Positions 33,868 to 42,884 of a stretch of DNA of 44,487 nucleotides are shown one piece after another; within the stretch, counting starts at the first letter, position 1, and each line of letters starts with the position of its first letter. Location: the IMG/VR virus record IMGVR_UViG_3300049171_000067, positions 1-44,487 of that record; one strand, written 5' to 3'. This DNA is from a virus (lineage: Duplodnaviria; Caudoviricetes). The notes under the pieces are model-generated. The model saw only the letters and a list, made by a program, of their open reading frames with translations. It was not told where the DNA came from and made no database searches. The position numbers were made by a program, and so were the translations under genes.

Positions 33868-35057
33868 TGATGTACGAAATATGGATACGTGACAGTCAAC
33901 TGGATAGAATCGCGCCTGTTCTCAACTTTACAAAGTTAACCCTCAACATGAATTTTAACGACGTGGGCAAATGGATATTGGAGTTACCACCAGAGGAAAC
34001 AGAATCAATAAACAAGCTTCTTGAAGTTCGCAGAGAAGGCAATGGATTGGGCGGTATCATCGTAACTCGTGACGGTAATATCATTTTCTCTGGTCCAATC
34101 CGCAATATAGAAATGAATGAAGATTGGAGCAGTGACGAAGATAATGGTTCTTTTATTGTCTATGGAATCGATGATACTGGATTGCTTGCCACTCGAATGG
34201 CTGTTCCTCCGGTTCCAGAAGATGGTCAATATCGATTCCATCGGGGTACAGGAATAGGATATGACGTGGTAACAGGATCTTCCGAAACCTGTATGCTTCA
34301 TCTTGTAGAAAATAACATCGGTTACTTGGCTGTCGATGGTCGCGCTATTCCCTTACTCGCTACCACTACAGACGGATTAAAAGGTACAACAATCACCGTA
34401 CGTAGTAGATATGATTACTTGATAGACAAGCTGAAGGAAGCCGCTTTATCTGGTGGATTAGGATTCCGAGTCATCCAATCCTATGACGATTTTTTTGAAA
34501 TTCCGGTTTTGTTATTTGAAGTGTTTGAACCCGAAGATGTAACAGGGACCGTAGTTTTCAGCAAGGAAAGACGGAATTTATCCGGCTATAAATATCATGT
34601 AGAAGCTCCCGAGGGTAACTACATTCTCTGTGGCGGTGGTGGTGAGAATACAGCGCGGTATTTCGTGGGCACTGGGGACGAGCCGAGCCGCTTGTTATAT
34701 GGAACAATTGAGTATTTTCTAGACCAACGGCAGACCACTGTAGAAGCTGAATTACTCCAAGCGCTCTACAACGAACTAGAGGAGCGGACCGAGAAAACAC
34801 GGCTTGAAATATACCCGATAGATGTTGAGGGTACTAGATTTATGGAGGATTACGACTTAGGATATAAAGCTACAGTCGAAGTCCAAGGAGAAACCATTCA
34901 TGATGTCATTCGCTCTGTGCAGATAACATTAGACAAAGATGGGGAAATAATCACGCCTTTTGTAGGGACTCCAGGGACTTACATTGGTACCGCATTTCGT
35001 TTATTCGATGATTACCGACGTTTACAGGGTCGTGTAGGCAAAATAGAAAGAAGGTGA
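33864..35057 (+). CDS. Baseplate hub / minor tail protein (ReqiPepy6 Gp37-like)
   Basis: FNDVGKWILEL, IIFSGPI, GGGGENTAR, DYDLG; position after Dit. Confidence 0.8.
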   Translation: MMMYEIWIRDSQLDRIAPVLNFTKLTLNMNFNDVGKWILELPPEETESINKLLEVRREGNGLGGIIVTRDGNIIFSGPIRNIEMNEDWSSDEDNGSFIVYGIDDTGLLATRMAVPPVPEDGQYRFHRGTGIGYDVVTGSSETCMLHLVENNIGYLAVDGRAIPLLATTTDGLKGTTITVRSRYDYLIDKLKEAALSGGLGFRVIQSYDDFFEIPVLLFEVFEPEDVTGTVVFSKERRNLSGYKYHVEAPEGNYILCGGGGENTARYFVGTGDEPSRLLYGTIEYFLDQRQTTVEAELLQALYNELEERTEKTRLEIYPIDVEGTRFMEDYDLGYKATVEVQGETIHDVIRSVQITLDKDGEIITPFVGTPGTYIGTAFRLFDDYRRLQGRVGKIERR

Positions 35058-35061
35058 TAAG

Positions 35062-35973
35062 ATGCCAACTTATGATTATTTTCCTTTCGATTCGGGTCTT
35101 GGTGCCAATAGTACTGAATCCCGATGGCGTGAAATGATGCGGAAAATGAAAACAACTGGAATCGTAGCAGAGGGTACAGGGATGACAGCTTCAGATAATT
35201 GCGCTGTCTCTGACGGATCAGGAATGCAGATTGAAATAGAAGCGGGTAAAGCGTGGGTTAGAGGTCATTTTTTTTCTCATACAGGTACACCCGCTACTCT
35301 TGCGATTAACTCCAATAGTTCAGGATCAACACGGACGGATCTTGTTGTTATTCGGGCTGATTTCGTCAATAACACCATCCAATATCAGGTACTACAGGGA
35401 ACTACAACACCTGTACAGAACGCCAACACATGGGATCTTCCTCTGGCAAATGTAGCGGTTCCTAATGGTGCCGTTAGCGCCTCTTCTTTTACCTTTACTG
35501 ATAGAAGAGTATTTGCAACTTTTAGCACATTAGCACCGTCTGTCCGCAAAGACGGAGTCAATTTCACCCTAGCAAACAACATTTTTACAAGTGTAAACCT
35601 CTCAGGTGCCACCGATTGGATCACACAAGACACGATGTACTCAGGAACAGATAATACACGTTTGATATGTACACAGGATGGATTCTATCTTTTATACGGT
35701 TCGGCTACATTCGGCGGTCCATCTGGTGCACCTTCGGTAGCTGCTCCACGCCGTATCATTCGATTTATGGTAAACGGAACCGCAGTTGTAGGATTACAGC
35801 AAATATACGCTCCTAACATGGCTATTGGTCTTTCGACTACTGCTATGGTTCGCTTGTTTGCTGGTGATTATGTTCAATTTCAAGTGTACCAAGAGTGCGG
35901 CGCTGGAATCACGACAGGCATGTCGACGATGCATGCTGCGCTTCATTATCTAAATAGCAATTCTATTTTATAA
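35062..35973 (+). CDS. Tail fibre / receptor-binding protein
   Basis: YFPFDSG N-terminus, RTDLVVIR, WDLPLA, TDRR; beta-rich C-terminal domain. Confidence 0.7.
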   Translation: MPTYDYFPFDSGLGANSTESRWREMMRKMKTTGIVAEGTGMTASDNCAVSDGSGMQIEIEAGKAWVRGHFFSHTGTPATLAINSNSSGSTRTDLVVIRADFVNNTIQYQVLQGTTTPVQNANTWDLPLANVAVPNGAVSASSFTFTDRRVFATFSTLAPSVRKDGVNFTLANNIFTSVNLSGATDWITQDTMYSGTDNTRLICTQDGFYLLYGSATFGGPSGAPSVAAPRRIIRFMVNGTAVVGLQQIYAPNMAIGLSTTAMVRLFAGDYVQFQVYQECGAGITTGMSTMHAALHYLNSNSIL

Positions 35974-36036
35974 AGTATCGCACCTAGTGATGCTTATTTG
36001 TTTTTCTGGGGGTGAGTGTCAAGGAGGTACATAAAC

Positions 36037-36351
36037 ATGACTAGACATCAACATACACAATATGATCTGATGAAAAAATTAGATAAATTGGATACAAGGC
36101 TTGATAAATTAGAAACGAACATCGCTGTGCTAGGCTCTATTTTAGCCCAATTACAATCTGATATTAACAAAGTAGAAAATAGCAATGTTCAACAAATAAG
36201 CGAAGTAGAGAAAAGAAATATCAAACAGGTGAACGATTTGGAGCAACAAATCAAAGATTTGAAGGCTCGCTTTTGGACCATGTTCACCATCTTTATCACC
36301 ACTACGGCGGGGTTTATAGCGTGGGCAGTTCAAATCATCTTATCAAAGTAG
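36037..36351 (+). CDS. XhlA-like lysis accessory protein (coiled coil plus C-terminal TM)
   Basis: SD AAGGAGGT; precedes the holin. Confidence 0.6.
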   Translation: MTRHQHTQYDLMKKLDKLDTRLDKLETNIAVLGSILAQLQSDINKVENSNVQQISEVEKRNIKQVNDLEQQIKDLKARFWTMFTIFITTTAGFIAWAVQIILSK

Positions 36352-36364
36352 AGGAGTAATCATC

Positions 36365-36619
36365 ATGAAAAATAATCGATTTCGTAACGCTGGTCTTTGG
36401 ATCAGCGTTATTTCCTTTATTCCAATAGTCTTGGAGTCATTTGGAGTTGCAGTACTACCTGAGCAATGGGGTGTTGTGAAAGAGACTCTATTGGCTCTTA
36501 TTTCGCTTTTAGTTGTATTTGGGATACTCAGTAACCCCACGACGGAAAACGCTGGTTACAGCGACGATAAGGAGGTCACAAGCGATGGAGATAAAACAAA
36601 AGTTGATACCAACCTCTAA
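36365..36619 (+). CDS. Holin
   Basis: RFRNAGLWIS, two TM helices, GILSNPTT..GYSD. Confidence 0.9.
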   Translation: MKNNRFRNAGLWISVISFIPIVLESFGVAVLPEQWGVVKETLLALISLLVVFGILSNPTTENAGYSDDKEVTSDGDKTKVDTNL

Positions 36620-37292
36620 CCGAAATACACGACCAGGAATAAAGATGAATCCCATTTATATCACCATACATGAAACGGATAACACAAATAAGGGAGCAGA
36701 TGCATCTGCTCATGCAAGGTTACAGGCTTCAGGTAACAGTAGGACTGCATCATGGCATTATTCGGTTGATGAGGCCGAGATATATCAAAGCGTTCCTGAT
36801 AATGAGGTTGCATGGCATGCGGGAGATGGGCGTGGAACTGGCAATCTAAAGAGTATCGGCATCGAAATATGCGTGAACAGTGATGGCAACTTTGCCAAAG
36901 CCAAAGAAAACGTTGCTTGGCTTGTTCGTCATCTCATGTCCAAACACAACATCCCGATCGGAAACGTGGTCCAGCATAACAAGTGGAGTGGCAAAAACTG
37001 TCCGCGTAGGCTTCGCGCAAGTGGCTGGAGTTCTTTTATCAATCTGATTAAAAGTAATCCTACAGCTGTAACAGCACCCAAAACAGCAGAAAATATGTAT
37101 GATCTCTCGTATCTCAAAGACTACGAGCTTATTGGAATCCGTAGCAGTAAACATCCTAATGAGATCCATGAGAAAGTAACATGGGCCATGGAGGCTAACG
37201 CCAATTGTGTTCTATTGCTCAAGCGTGGTTATGATCTTCGAGGATTACAAAAGGCACTCAATGAGATGTATCAAGAGGAGGAAACAAAATAG
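36585..37292 (+). CDS. Endolysin, N-acetylmuramoyl-L-alanine amidase (Amidase_2, XlyA/CwlA-like)
   Basis: YITIHET, SWHYSVD, AWHAGDG, SIGIEIC, QHNKWSGKNCP; ATG 36585 with SD AAGGAGG. Confidence 0.95.
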   Translation: MEIKQKLIPTSNRNTRPGIKMNPIYITIHETDNTNKGADASAHARLQASGNSRTASWHYSVDEAEIYQSVPDNEVAWHAGDGRGTGNLKSIGIEICVNSDGNFAKAKENVAWLVRHLMSKHNIPIGNVVQHNKWSGKNCPRRLRASGWSSFINLIKSNPTAVTAPKTAENMYDLSYLKDYELIGIRSSKHPNEIHEKVTWAMEANANCVLLLKRGYDLRGLQKALNEMYQEEETK

Positions 37293-37580
37293 ATGATTAC
37301 ATTTCCTGAGTATGATCTTGTGGTCGGTGATCAGTGTTTATATTACCCTGCACCTGATGAATTCGCAGATACGGAAGGTGATACTTACCCCGCTATGGTT
37401 CTTCGTGCTGTTGGATATGACATACAAACCAATGCGCAACTTTGCGATATCATTGTTTTTACTGAGGCAGGAACATTTGTCAAAAAGAGCGTTACACGTA
37501 AAGATGCTGGCGAAGTGAATCCGGGTTTCTTTTCGAACACTGTTGACAATGTGATTAGGCATTTCAAAGAAAACAACTGA
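37293..37580 (+). CDS. Hypothetical protein, last gene of the late operon
   Basis: Abuts the endolysin stop; SD GAGGAGG. Confidence 0.65.
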   Translation: MITFPEYDLVVGDQCLYYPAPDEFADTEGDTYPAMVLRAVGYDIQTNAQLCDIIVFTEAGTFVKKSVTRKDAGEVNPGFFSNTVDNVIRHFKENN

Positions 37581-37584
37581 TAAT

Positions 37585-37612
37585 AAAAAAGCGAGGGTTT
37601 CCGCCCCTCGCT
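37585..37612. terminator. Terminator between convergent genes
   Basis: A-tract then AGCGAGGG-loop-CCCTCGCT. Confidence 0.7.
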
Positions 37613-37862
37613 AATCAAATAAATCCACATTTGATTTATTCAATTCTTCTTTCAACATACTAGCTAAACTCTCACATCGTTGTAGTTCCAATTTCGTTTC
37701 CACATAATGCTCATTTTCACCAAGATAGGATTCATCATCATGAAGATTAAAGTTATCTTCTATGTAGCTTTCAAGGTTAGAACTCCGGATTCTAACAGAT
37801 TGATAAAGGCTCTCTAATTCCTCATCAGTCATCCATAAAACATAAGCTTTCGGTTGCTCCAA
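37611..37862 (-). CDS. Acidic hypothetical protein
   Basis: TTG start with SD GAGGGG. Confidence 0.6.
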   Translation of the reverse strand: MEQPKAYVLWMTDEELESLYQSVRIRSSNLESYIEDNFNLHDDESYLGENEHYVETKLELQRCESLASMLKEELNKSNVDLFD

Positions 37863-37897
37863 ATGTTTCCCCTCACTTGTGATATACTCTGATCTAA

Positions 37898-38023
37898 CAT
37901 CTTATAAATCTCTCTCTCCTGATCGGTTAACGCTGGTCAGGCTTTTTTGTTTTTGTTATGATAAAAATACCATAATAATAAATCCTCTGTCCTGATCAGC
38001 GCACTGCTGGTCAGGCTTTTTTT
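37898..38023 (+). repeat. Two tandem terminator-ended units, candidate small RNAs
   Basis: ATAAATC..CTCT.TCCTGATC-var-GCTGGTCAGGCTTTTTT twice, each preceded by an extended -10-like motif. Confidence 0.6.
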
Positions 38024-38057
38024 ATTTGTCCATGTTATTATGTAGGAGATATACCAT

Positions 38058-38089
38058 AAATACAGAAATACAGGTATACAGAATTACAG
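38058..38089 (+). promoter_or_regulatory. Four tandem octamers (AAATACAG AAATACAG GTATACAG AATTACAG): par operator / parS
   Basis: Lie between the -10-like TGTTATTAT and the SD of parA. Confidence 0.75.
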
Positions 38090-38105
38090 GAGGAGGATTT
38101 TTATT

Positions 38106-38879
38106 ATGGGGAAAGTAATATCGATTGGGATCGGGAAAGGTGGAGTTGGTAAAACCACCACTTGCGCCATGATTTGCGATCTTTTATCTGAATCTGGGTA
38201 TAAGGTTTTAGCAGTCGATTTTGACAGTCAGGGGAATCTGACGCAAATGATGACACGGCAAAGCCTTTTCGATTTTGAGGACCGAACGATCTTTGAAGCA
38301 CTAAAAGAAAAAGACGCAAAGAAATACATACATGAAATTACAGATGATCTCCATATTATCCCTGCTGACGATTACTTGGCTTATCTCTCCAAGTATCTCT
38401 ATACAGAATATAGTGAGGGGCATCCATTCACTTTACTGGCTGACACTATCAAACCTCTCAAAGAAAACTATGATTACATCATCATCGACCTGCCTCCAAA
38501 CTTGGGAGATCATACTTTGAATGGATTGGCTGCTAGTGATTTCGCTGTTGCCATCTTCCAACCAGAGCCATTTTGTTATGATGGTTTACTTCGTTATGAG
38601 GAAACGGTTGATCTTGTACAAGAAGAGATTAACAAGGATATGAAATTCCTCGGAATCATTACATCCATGATGGATAGTGTTGCTAGTCTTGACGAGTCCG
38701 TTTATCAAAAAGCGAAAATACAGTTTAAAGATCTGATTTTTGACACTATTATCAAGCGTAGAACACGCATCAAAGAATATTCTCTGATTGGAGTTAAAAA
38801 GGATTCCGCTAAGGATCGGGTAACCCTAAAACCTTATGTATCACTTGTTAAGGAGCTGATCGAACGTGCGGAAGCGTAA
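38106..38879 (+). CDS. parA: ParA/Soj Walker-A partition ATPase (type Ib, no N-terminal HTH)
   Basis: KGGVGKTT, VDFDSQGN, YDYIIIDLPP. Confidence 0.95.
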   Translation: MGKVISIGIGKGGVGKTTTCAMICDLLSESGYKVLAVDFDSQGNLTQMMTRQSLFDFEDRTIFEALKEKDAKKYIHEITDDLHIIPADDYLAYLSKYLYTEYSEGHPFTLLADTIKPLKENYDYIIIDLPPNLGDHTLNGLAASDFAVAIFQPEPFCYDGLLRYEETVDLVQEEINKDMKFLGIITSMMDSVASLDESVYQKAKIQFKDLIFDTIIKRRTRIKEYSLIGVKKDSAKDRVTLKPYVSLVKELIERAEA

Positions 38880-39624
38880 ATTGTTTGATGACATGTTGAA
38901 TGATATTCCTCGAAAAAAAACAACAAAAAAACCTGATCCACAGGATTCCATAAATACAGAATCACAGAAACCTGTAAATACAGGTTTACATAATGACAGT
39001 AATACAGATTTAAAGAATTCCGGAAATACAGAACAACAGGAAGACGTGATTACAATAACACAGGAAACCGGAAACACAGAATTACACAATTCCAGCGATA
39101 CAGGAATACAGGAATCTGTAAAACCAGAATTACATGAAACTGTATTACCCGAATTACAGGATAATGTAAATACAGGATTACAAGAAACCGCAATTACAGT
39201 TATACAGGAACCCATAAAAGAGGAGTTACAGATAACTGGTAATCCAGTTTTACAGAATTCTGTAATCCCAGAAACACAGATAACTGTAAAACCGGAATTA
39301 CAAGAAGATGTAAATACAGAAATACAGGATACCGGAAATACACAAACACAGGACTCTGTAATTAAGGAAATACAGAAAGCTGTAAAAACAGGTTCCCGTA
39401 AATCCAGAAATACAGTTACCCAGAAAACCAAAAATACAGGTTCACAGGTAACTGTAAATACAGGAATACAGGAAGCTGTAGTGAAGAAAACATTCGATGT
39501 ACCGGAATCGCTGAATAGAAGGCTAAAAGTTGGGGTAGCTCTCTCAGGTCATAAGTTTGAAAAAGATTTAGTTATGGAAGCCATCAACCGTTATTTAGAT
39601 CAACTTAATATACCGAAGATGTAA
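38866..39624 (+). CDS. Centromere-binding protein with 8-aa repeat linker and C-terminal ribbon-helix-helix
   Basis: Overlaps the parA stop; basic N-terminus; VKKTFDVPESLNRRLKVGVALSGHKFEKDLVMEAINRYL is an RHH pattern. Confidence 0.75.
   Translation: MRKRKLFDDMLNDIPRKKTTKKPDPQDSINTESQKPVNTGLHNDSNTDLKNSGNTEQQEDVITITQETGNTELHNSSDTGIQESVKPELHETVLPELQDNVNTGLQETAITVIQEPIKEELQITGNPVLQNSVIPETQITVKPELQEDVNTEIQDTGNTQTQDSVIKEIQKAVKTGSRKSRNTVTQKTKNTGSQVTVNTGIQEAVVKKTFDVPESLNRRLKVGVALSGHKFEKDLVMEAINRYLDQLNIPKM
38941..39480 (+). repeat. 22.5 x 24-bp degenerate tandem repeat (3 octamers per unit), candidate intragenic parS
   Basis: Approximate consensus CAGGAATCTGTAAATACAGGAATA; encodes QDSINTES, QKPVNTGL ... 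QVTVNTGI with no indels. Confidence 0.85.
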
Positions 39625-39652
39625 AAGGGAGCTTTCAAAGGCTCCTTTTTTT
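39625..39652 (+). terminator. Terminator of the par operon
   Basis: AAAGGGAGCTTT-CA-AAGGCTCCTTT followed by a T-tract. Confidence 0.8.
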
Positions 39653-39665
39653 ATTTAATTAGTAA

Positions 39666-39694
39666 TTGCACAAATGTGCTAAATGTGCTAATAT
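39666..39694 (+). promoter_or_regulatory. Sigma-A promoter overlapped by AAATGTGCT repeats
   Basis: TTGCAC-17 nt-TAATAT; the spacer is AAATGTGCT x2 and contains a GCACA/TGTGC inverted pair. Confidence 0.65.
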
Positions 39695-39717
39695 TATGAA
39701 TAAGGGAGGGTGGAAAA

Positions 39718-39885
39718 ATGTCAGAAGGAAAAAGTGAATTAAAAAACATGAGGGTTTACATGGATGAGAATCTACATTATGCATTGAAAATATATGCAGC
39801 TACCAAGAAATTGACGATGCAAGATGTTATTGCTGAGGCATTGAAAGCCTATATTCCTGAGGAGTTGTGGAAGGAGGATAAATAA
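39718..39885 (+). CDS. 55-aa ribbon-helix-helix regulator
   Basis: Translated by hand: KNMRVYMDENLHYALKIYAATKKLTMQDVIAEALKAYI; SD GGGAGG. Confidence 0.8.
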   Translation: MSEGKSELKNMRVYMDENLHYALKIYAATKKLTMQDVIAEALKAYIPEELWKEDK

Positions 39886-39993
39886 AGGTTTGCTGGCGAG
39901 CGTCCAAACAACACCAGCAAACCTCGAGAACGAGTCTTACAAAAAGACTCCCGTTAAGTGTACATGAAAAAAATCAACAGGAGTGAGACAAAA

Positions 39994-40896
39994 ATGAGAA
40001 AAGCATCAAAAGTAATTGACATATTGATACTGATTGCTGGAATTTTGTTAGCAGCAGTAGTCATTGGTCTTTCGTTCAATAACACGGCAAATTTTGCCGC
40101 AATATTCGGAGTAAACCCTTATCTAGCAGCAGGTGTTGTTGAATTTATGTTTGCTCTATTGTTAGGTATTAGAGGATATCAACGAGCAACACAACGCAAT
40201 GTACCATTGTTTTTAGAGATTGGCTACTTTTTCTTTTTTGCTATAGTAACTGCTGTAAATATGTATGGACTTGGAAGTATAGAACCAGTACTTGGACATA
40301 TCGCAGGTCTAGTTATTTCTGGAGCTATGTGGTTAATGGAAACTACCTTGGTGTGGTGGTTGACTAAAAAAGATCTGCCATACACCAAAAGCATCAGAGA
40401 ACGTCTAAGAGACGCTAAGAGAGACATAAACGAAGAGAAAGCTATTCAACGCATCGAGTGGATGAAATGGGAAGCTAAGAAGCCGGATTTGAAACTAATA
40501 AAAGAAGCTCGGAAATTTGAGGAGCAACGGAAAAAGGTTATAGGAGACGGTCTCCCGGAGTTTTTTAACCAACCTATACCCCAACCAGAAGTACATGAAG
40601 TTATCGCAACCACTGTCCAAGAGGAGCAGAGTAATCAAGCTGAGGTGGTACCATTCAAAAGACAAATAGGTTTCTTTTCTCCTGATACTACTGAAGTTAT
40701 TGAAGCCAAAGCAGAGACTCAGGAAAAAGATCACCTATTTAAACCGAACACTGACGCAAGGCAACAGGCAATACAAACCGCTAATGATTTGATGAATAGA
40801 CTCGGGCGAATACCAACAAAAAAGGAGTTAATGGAAGAAGGAGGATTGAGTGATCATTACGCTCGTATCGCCAAAAAATCCATTGACACAAAATAG
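39994..40896 (+). CDS. Four-TM membrane protein with coiled-coil cytoplasmic tail and probable C-terminal HTH (DUF2637/Spd-like architecture)
   Basis: Four hydrophobic helices, then charged region and GRIPTKKELMEEGGLSDHYARIAK; SD AGGAG before ATG 39994 (track start 39958). Confidence 0.6.
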   Translation: MRKASKVIDILILIAGILLAAVVIGLSFNNTANFAAIFGVNPYLAAGVVEFMFALLLGIRGYQRATQRNVPLFLEIGYFFFFAIVTAVNMYGLGSIEPVLGHIAGLVISGAMWLMETTLVWWLTKKDLPYTKSIRERLRDAKRDINEEKAIQRIEWMKWEAKKPDLKLIKEARKFEEQRKKVIGDGLPEFFNQPIPQPEVHEVIATTVQEEQSNQAEVVPFKRQIGFFSPDTTEVIEAKAETQEKDHLFKPNTDARQQAIQTANDLMNRLGRIPTKKELMEEGGLSDHYARIAKKSIDTK

Positions 40897-40980
40897 CCAC
40901 GAACCCGCATGGGAGACGTTGGGAGACGATTCCTACTTCAACGTCTCCCAATTCTTCAAACCACTAAAGGAGTGAACACA

Positions 40981-41436
40981 TTGGGGCAAATTAATTACAC
41001 AGAATTATTCTTACAAACAGATCTCAGTGGTATCAGTTCAAGAGCACGTAAAAACCCAGAAGAGAGAAATGAATTGGAGAAGAGAATTAAGTTATTTACA
41101 GCATGGGCAAAGTTAAGGGGGATTTATAAAGAGTCGCAAGCCACCAAAAGTTGGTGGTCTGTTTTAGGAAAGCGAACCCCTAGTCAATATTGGTCTCATA
41201 CGAAAGAAGTGGAAGGCATTCAAATTTTTGACCATGTTTCCTTGTATCTGAGCAAAGATAATGGAAAAATACTCACTTCCCATCCTTATATGGATTACAC
41301 AGAGAACGAAAAAGAGACAATCAAAGAATGGGGCAGAGAAAAAGGATTGAAAATTTTGATCCATCCCTCATCAAAGAGCTGGTATTATCCAGAGCAGACT
41401 TCATTCATTGAAATTATGAAAGTGCGAGAGTATTAG
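40981..41436 (+). CDS. Hypothetical protein
   Basis: TTG start with SD AAGGAG; FDH...TSHPY...SWYYP motifs. Confidence 0.7.
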   Translation: MGQINYTELFLQTDLSGISSRARKNPEERNELEKRIKLFTAWAKLRGIYKESQATKSWWSVLGKRTPSQYWSHTKEVEGIQIFDHVSLYLSKDNGKILTSHPYMDYTENEKETIKEWGREKGLKILIHPSSKSWYYPEQTSFIEIMKVREY

Positions 41437-41448
41437 TAAACATCCAAA

Positions 41449-41474
41449 TAAAAAAGGGAGCAGATTTGCTCCCT
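41449..41474. terminator. Terminator hairpin (U-tract on the minus strand)
   Basis: A-tract then GGGAGCA-GATT-TGCTCCC. Confidence 0.6.
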
Positions 41475-41789
41475 CAACTAATGCGAGAATCTATGAAACT
41501 ATCATCCACTTGTCGCAGGATGTAAATATTGGTAGAATCATAGGCAGTAAAATAAACCAACAAAAAAATAAAAGCGCCTTGCTGGGAACAAGGACGCCGC
41601 ACTTCGTAAAGTAGTCGCTGACAACAACTGCTTTACATTTAATCAAATTTATCACCACAATTGTAACGAATTTCTATTTAGTGGTCAATACACAAAAAAG
41701 AAAAACGACCATGACAATTGTATGTATACATCTAGAAGTAAAACGTGCGGCGGTCCTCTCCAGTAAGGCTAATGGGAGAGGTATTTGGC

Positions 41790-42743
41790 ATGGCTAAAGA
41801 AAGATTTATCAATGCAAGACGTAGCGGATTTACAACTATTATCAATTCAATGTTAGATGATCCAGAGCTATCTTTACAGGCAAAAGGTCTTTTATCTATC
41901 TTTTTATCAAATTCGAATGACTGGGAAATACACATGAAAGAAATTATCAAGCGTTCCAAAAATGGTAGAGATGCACATTACAAGGCAATAAACGAACTTA
42001 TTGAAAACGGATACTTCTTTAGAACTCAAGTGATGGAAAAAGGAAAGTTCAAAGAGATGATATACATATTCAGCGACAACAAAGAGGATGTACAAGAAGC
42101 AATGAAACAGCTTGATAAACAAGGACTTCTACCGCATACGGAAAATCAGGAAACGGAAGAAAAAAAACCGTTTCCTGAAAAACCGGATACGGGAAAACCG
42201 GATACGGAAAATCAGGACAATAATAATACTAAGGTTAATAAACCTAATACTAAAAATACTAAATCTAGTATGTATGTAAGTACTGATGCTGATAAATCAT
42301 CTATTGAAATTTACAAAGAAAATTACAAGCTTACCAAGTATGCAAAGACGAAACTAGAATCTTTTATTGAAACTCATGGAGAAGAACTAACAAAACTTGC
42401 TGTAGAGCGTACAGTCAAAAAAGGTAAAGAAGAAAACATGATTGCATACATAGAAGGCATGTTGAAAAATTGGGCTAAATTAGAATTGAAATCAATCCTA
42501 GAAGTAGAAGCCCATGAGAAAAAGCATTGGAAGGATAAGAAAAAACCCAAAAGCAAAAAGAAGCAGATAAAGGAAGGTAACCTACCAACTTCAATAGCTG
42601 CACAAAACGAGATCCAAAAGGGATCACTGGAAGCAGCATCAGGAAAAGAAGAAGAAATGACAGATGAAGAGTTAATGGCAATGCGTGCGGAATCTTTGCG
42701 TATTTTAGAAGAAGGACGCGAGCAATTTTCGCCAATAGATTAA
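41790..42743 (+). CDS. Second replication initiator (winged-HTH N-terminus, DnaD-like C-terminus), candidate plasmid Rep
   Basis: FTTIINSMLDDPELSLQAKGLL...DW...AINELIENGY; AYIEGMLKNW; internal iterons; SD GAGAGGT. Confidence 0.8.
   Translation: MAKERFINARRSGFTTIINSMLDDPELSLQAKGLLSIFLSNSNDWEIHMKEIIKRSKNGRDAHYKAINELIENGYFFRTQVMEKGKFKEMIYIFSDNKEDVQEAMKQLDKQGLLPHTENQETEEKKPFPEKPDTGKPDTENQDNNNTKVNKPNTKNTKSSMYVSTDADKSSIEIYKENYKLTKYAKTKLESFIETHGEELTKLAVERTVKKGKEENMIAYIEGMLKNWAKLELKSILEVEAHEKKHWKDKKKPKSKKKQIKEGNLPTSIAAQNEIQKGSLEAASGKEEEMTDEELMAMRAESLRILEEGREQFSPID
42132..42216 (+). repeat. Iterons inside the second initiator gene (candidate plasmid origin)
   Basis: 15-bp-period CCGGATACGGAAAA / CAGGAAACGG repeats and an inverted CCGTTTCCTG, followed by an AT-rich tract. 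Confidence 0.65.
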
Positions 42744-42884
42744 TATAGGTATCTGATAGATTAATATATAGCCAAAATTCGAACTCTATAGGGGTAAATT
42801 CGAACGAAAATGGTAGAGTTAATGGTTATGTATTCGGAATGCATAAAACACTCTCACAATTAAAAATAGGAGGCAGTTTTATAT

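Noticed and set aside
38841-39431. 196-aa Cys/Ser-rich antisense ORF over the partition gene
   Set aside because: Explained by the 24-bp repeat lacking stops on the reverse strand; no convincing SD
38941-39480. CRISPR array
   Set aside because: Units are contiguous and degenerate with no unique spacers, lie within a coding frame, and no cas genes are present
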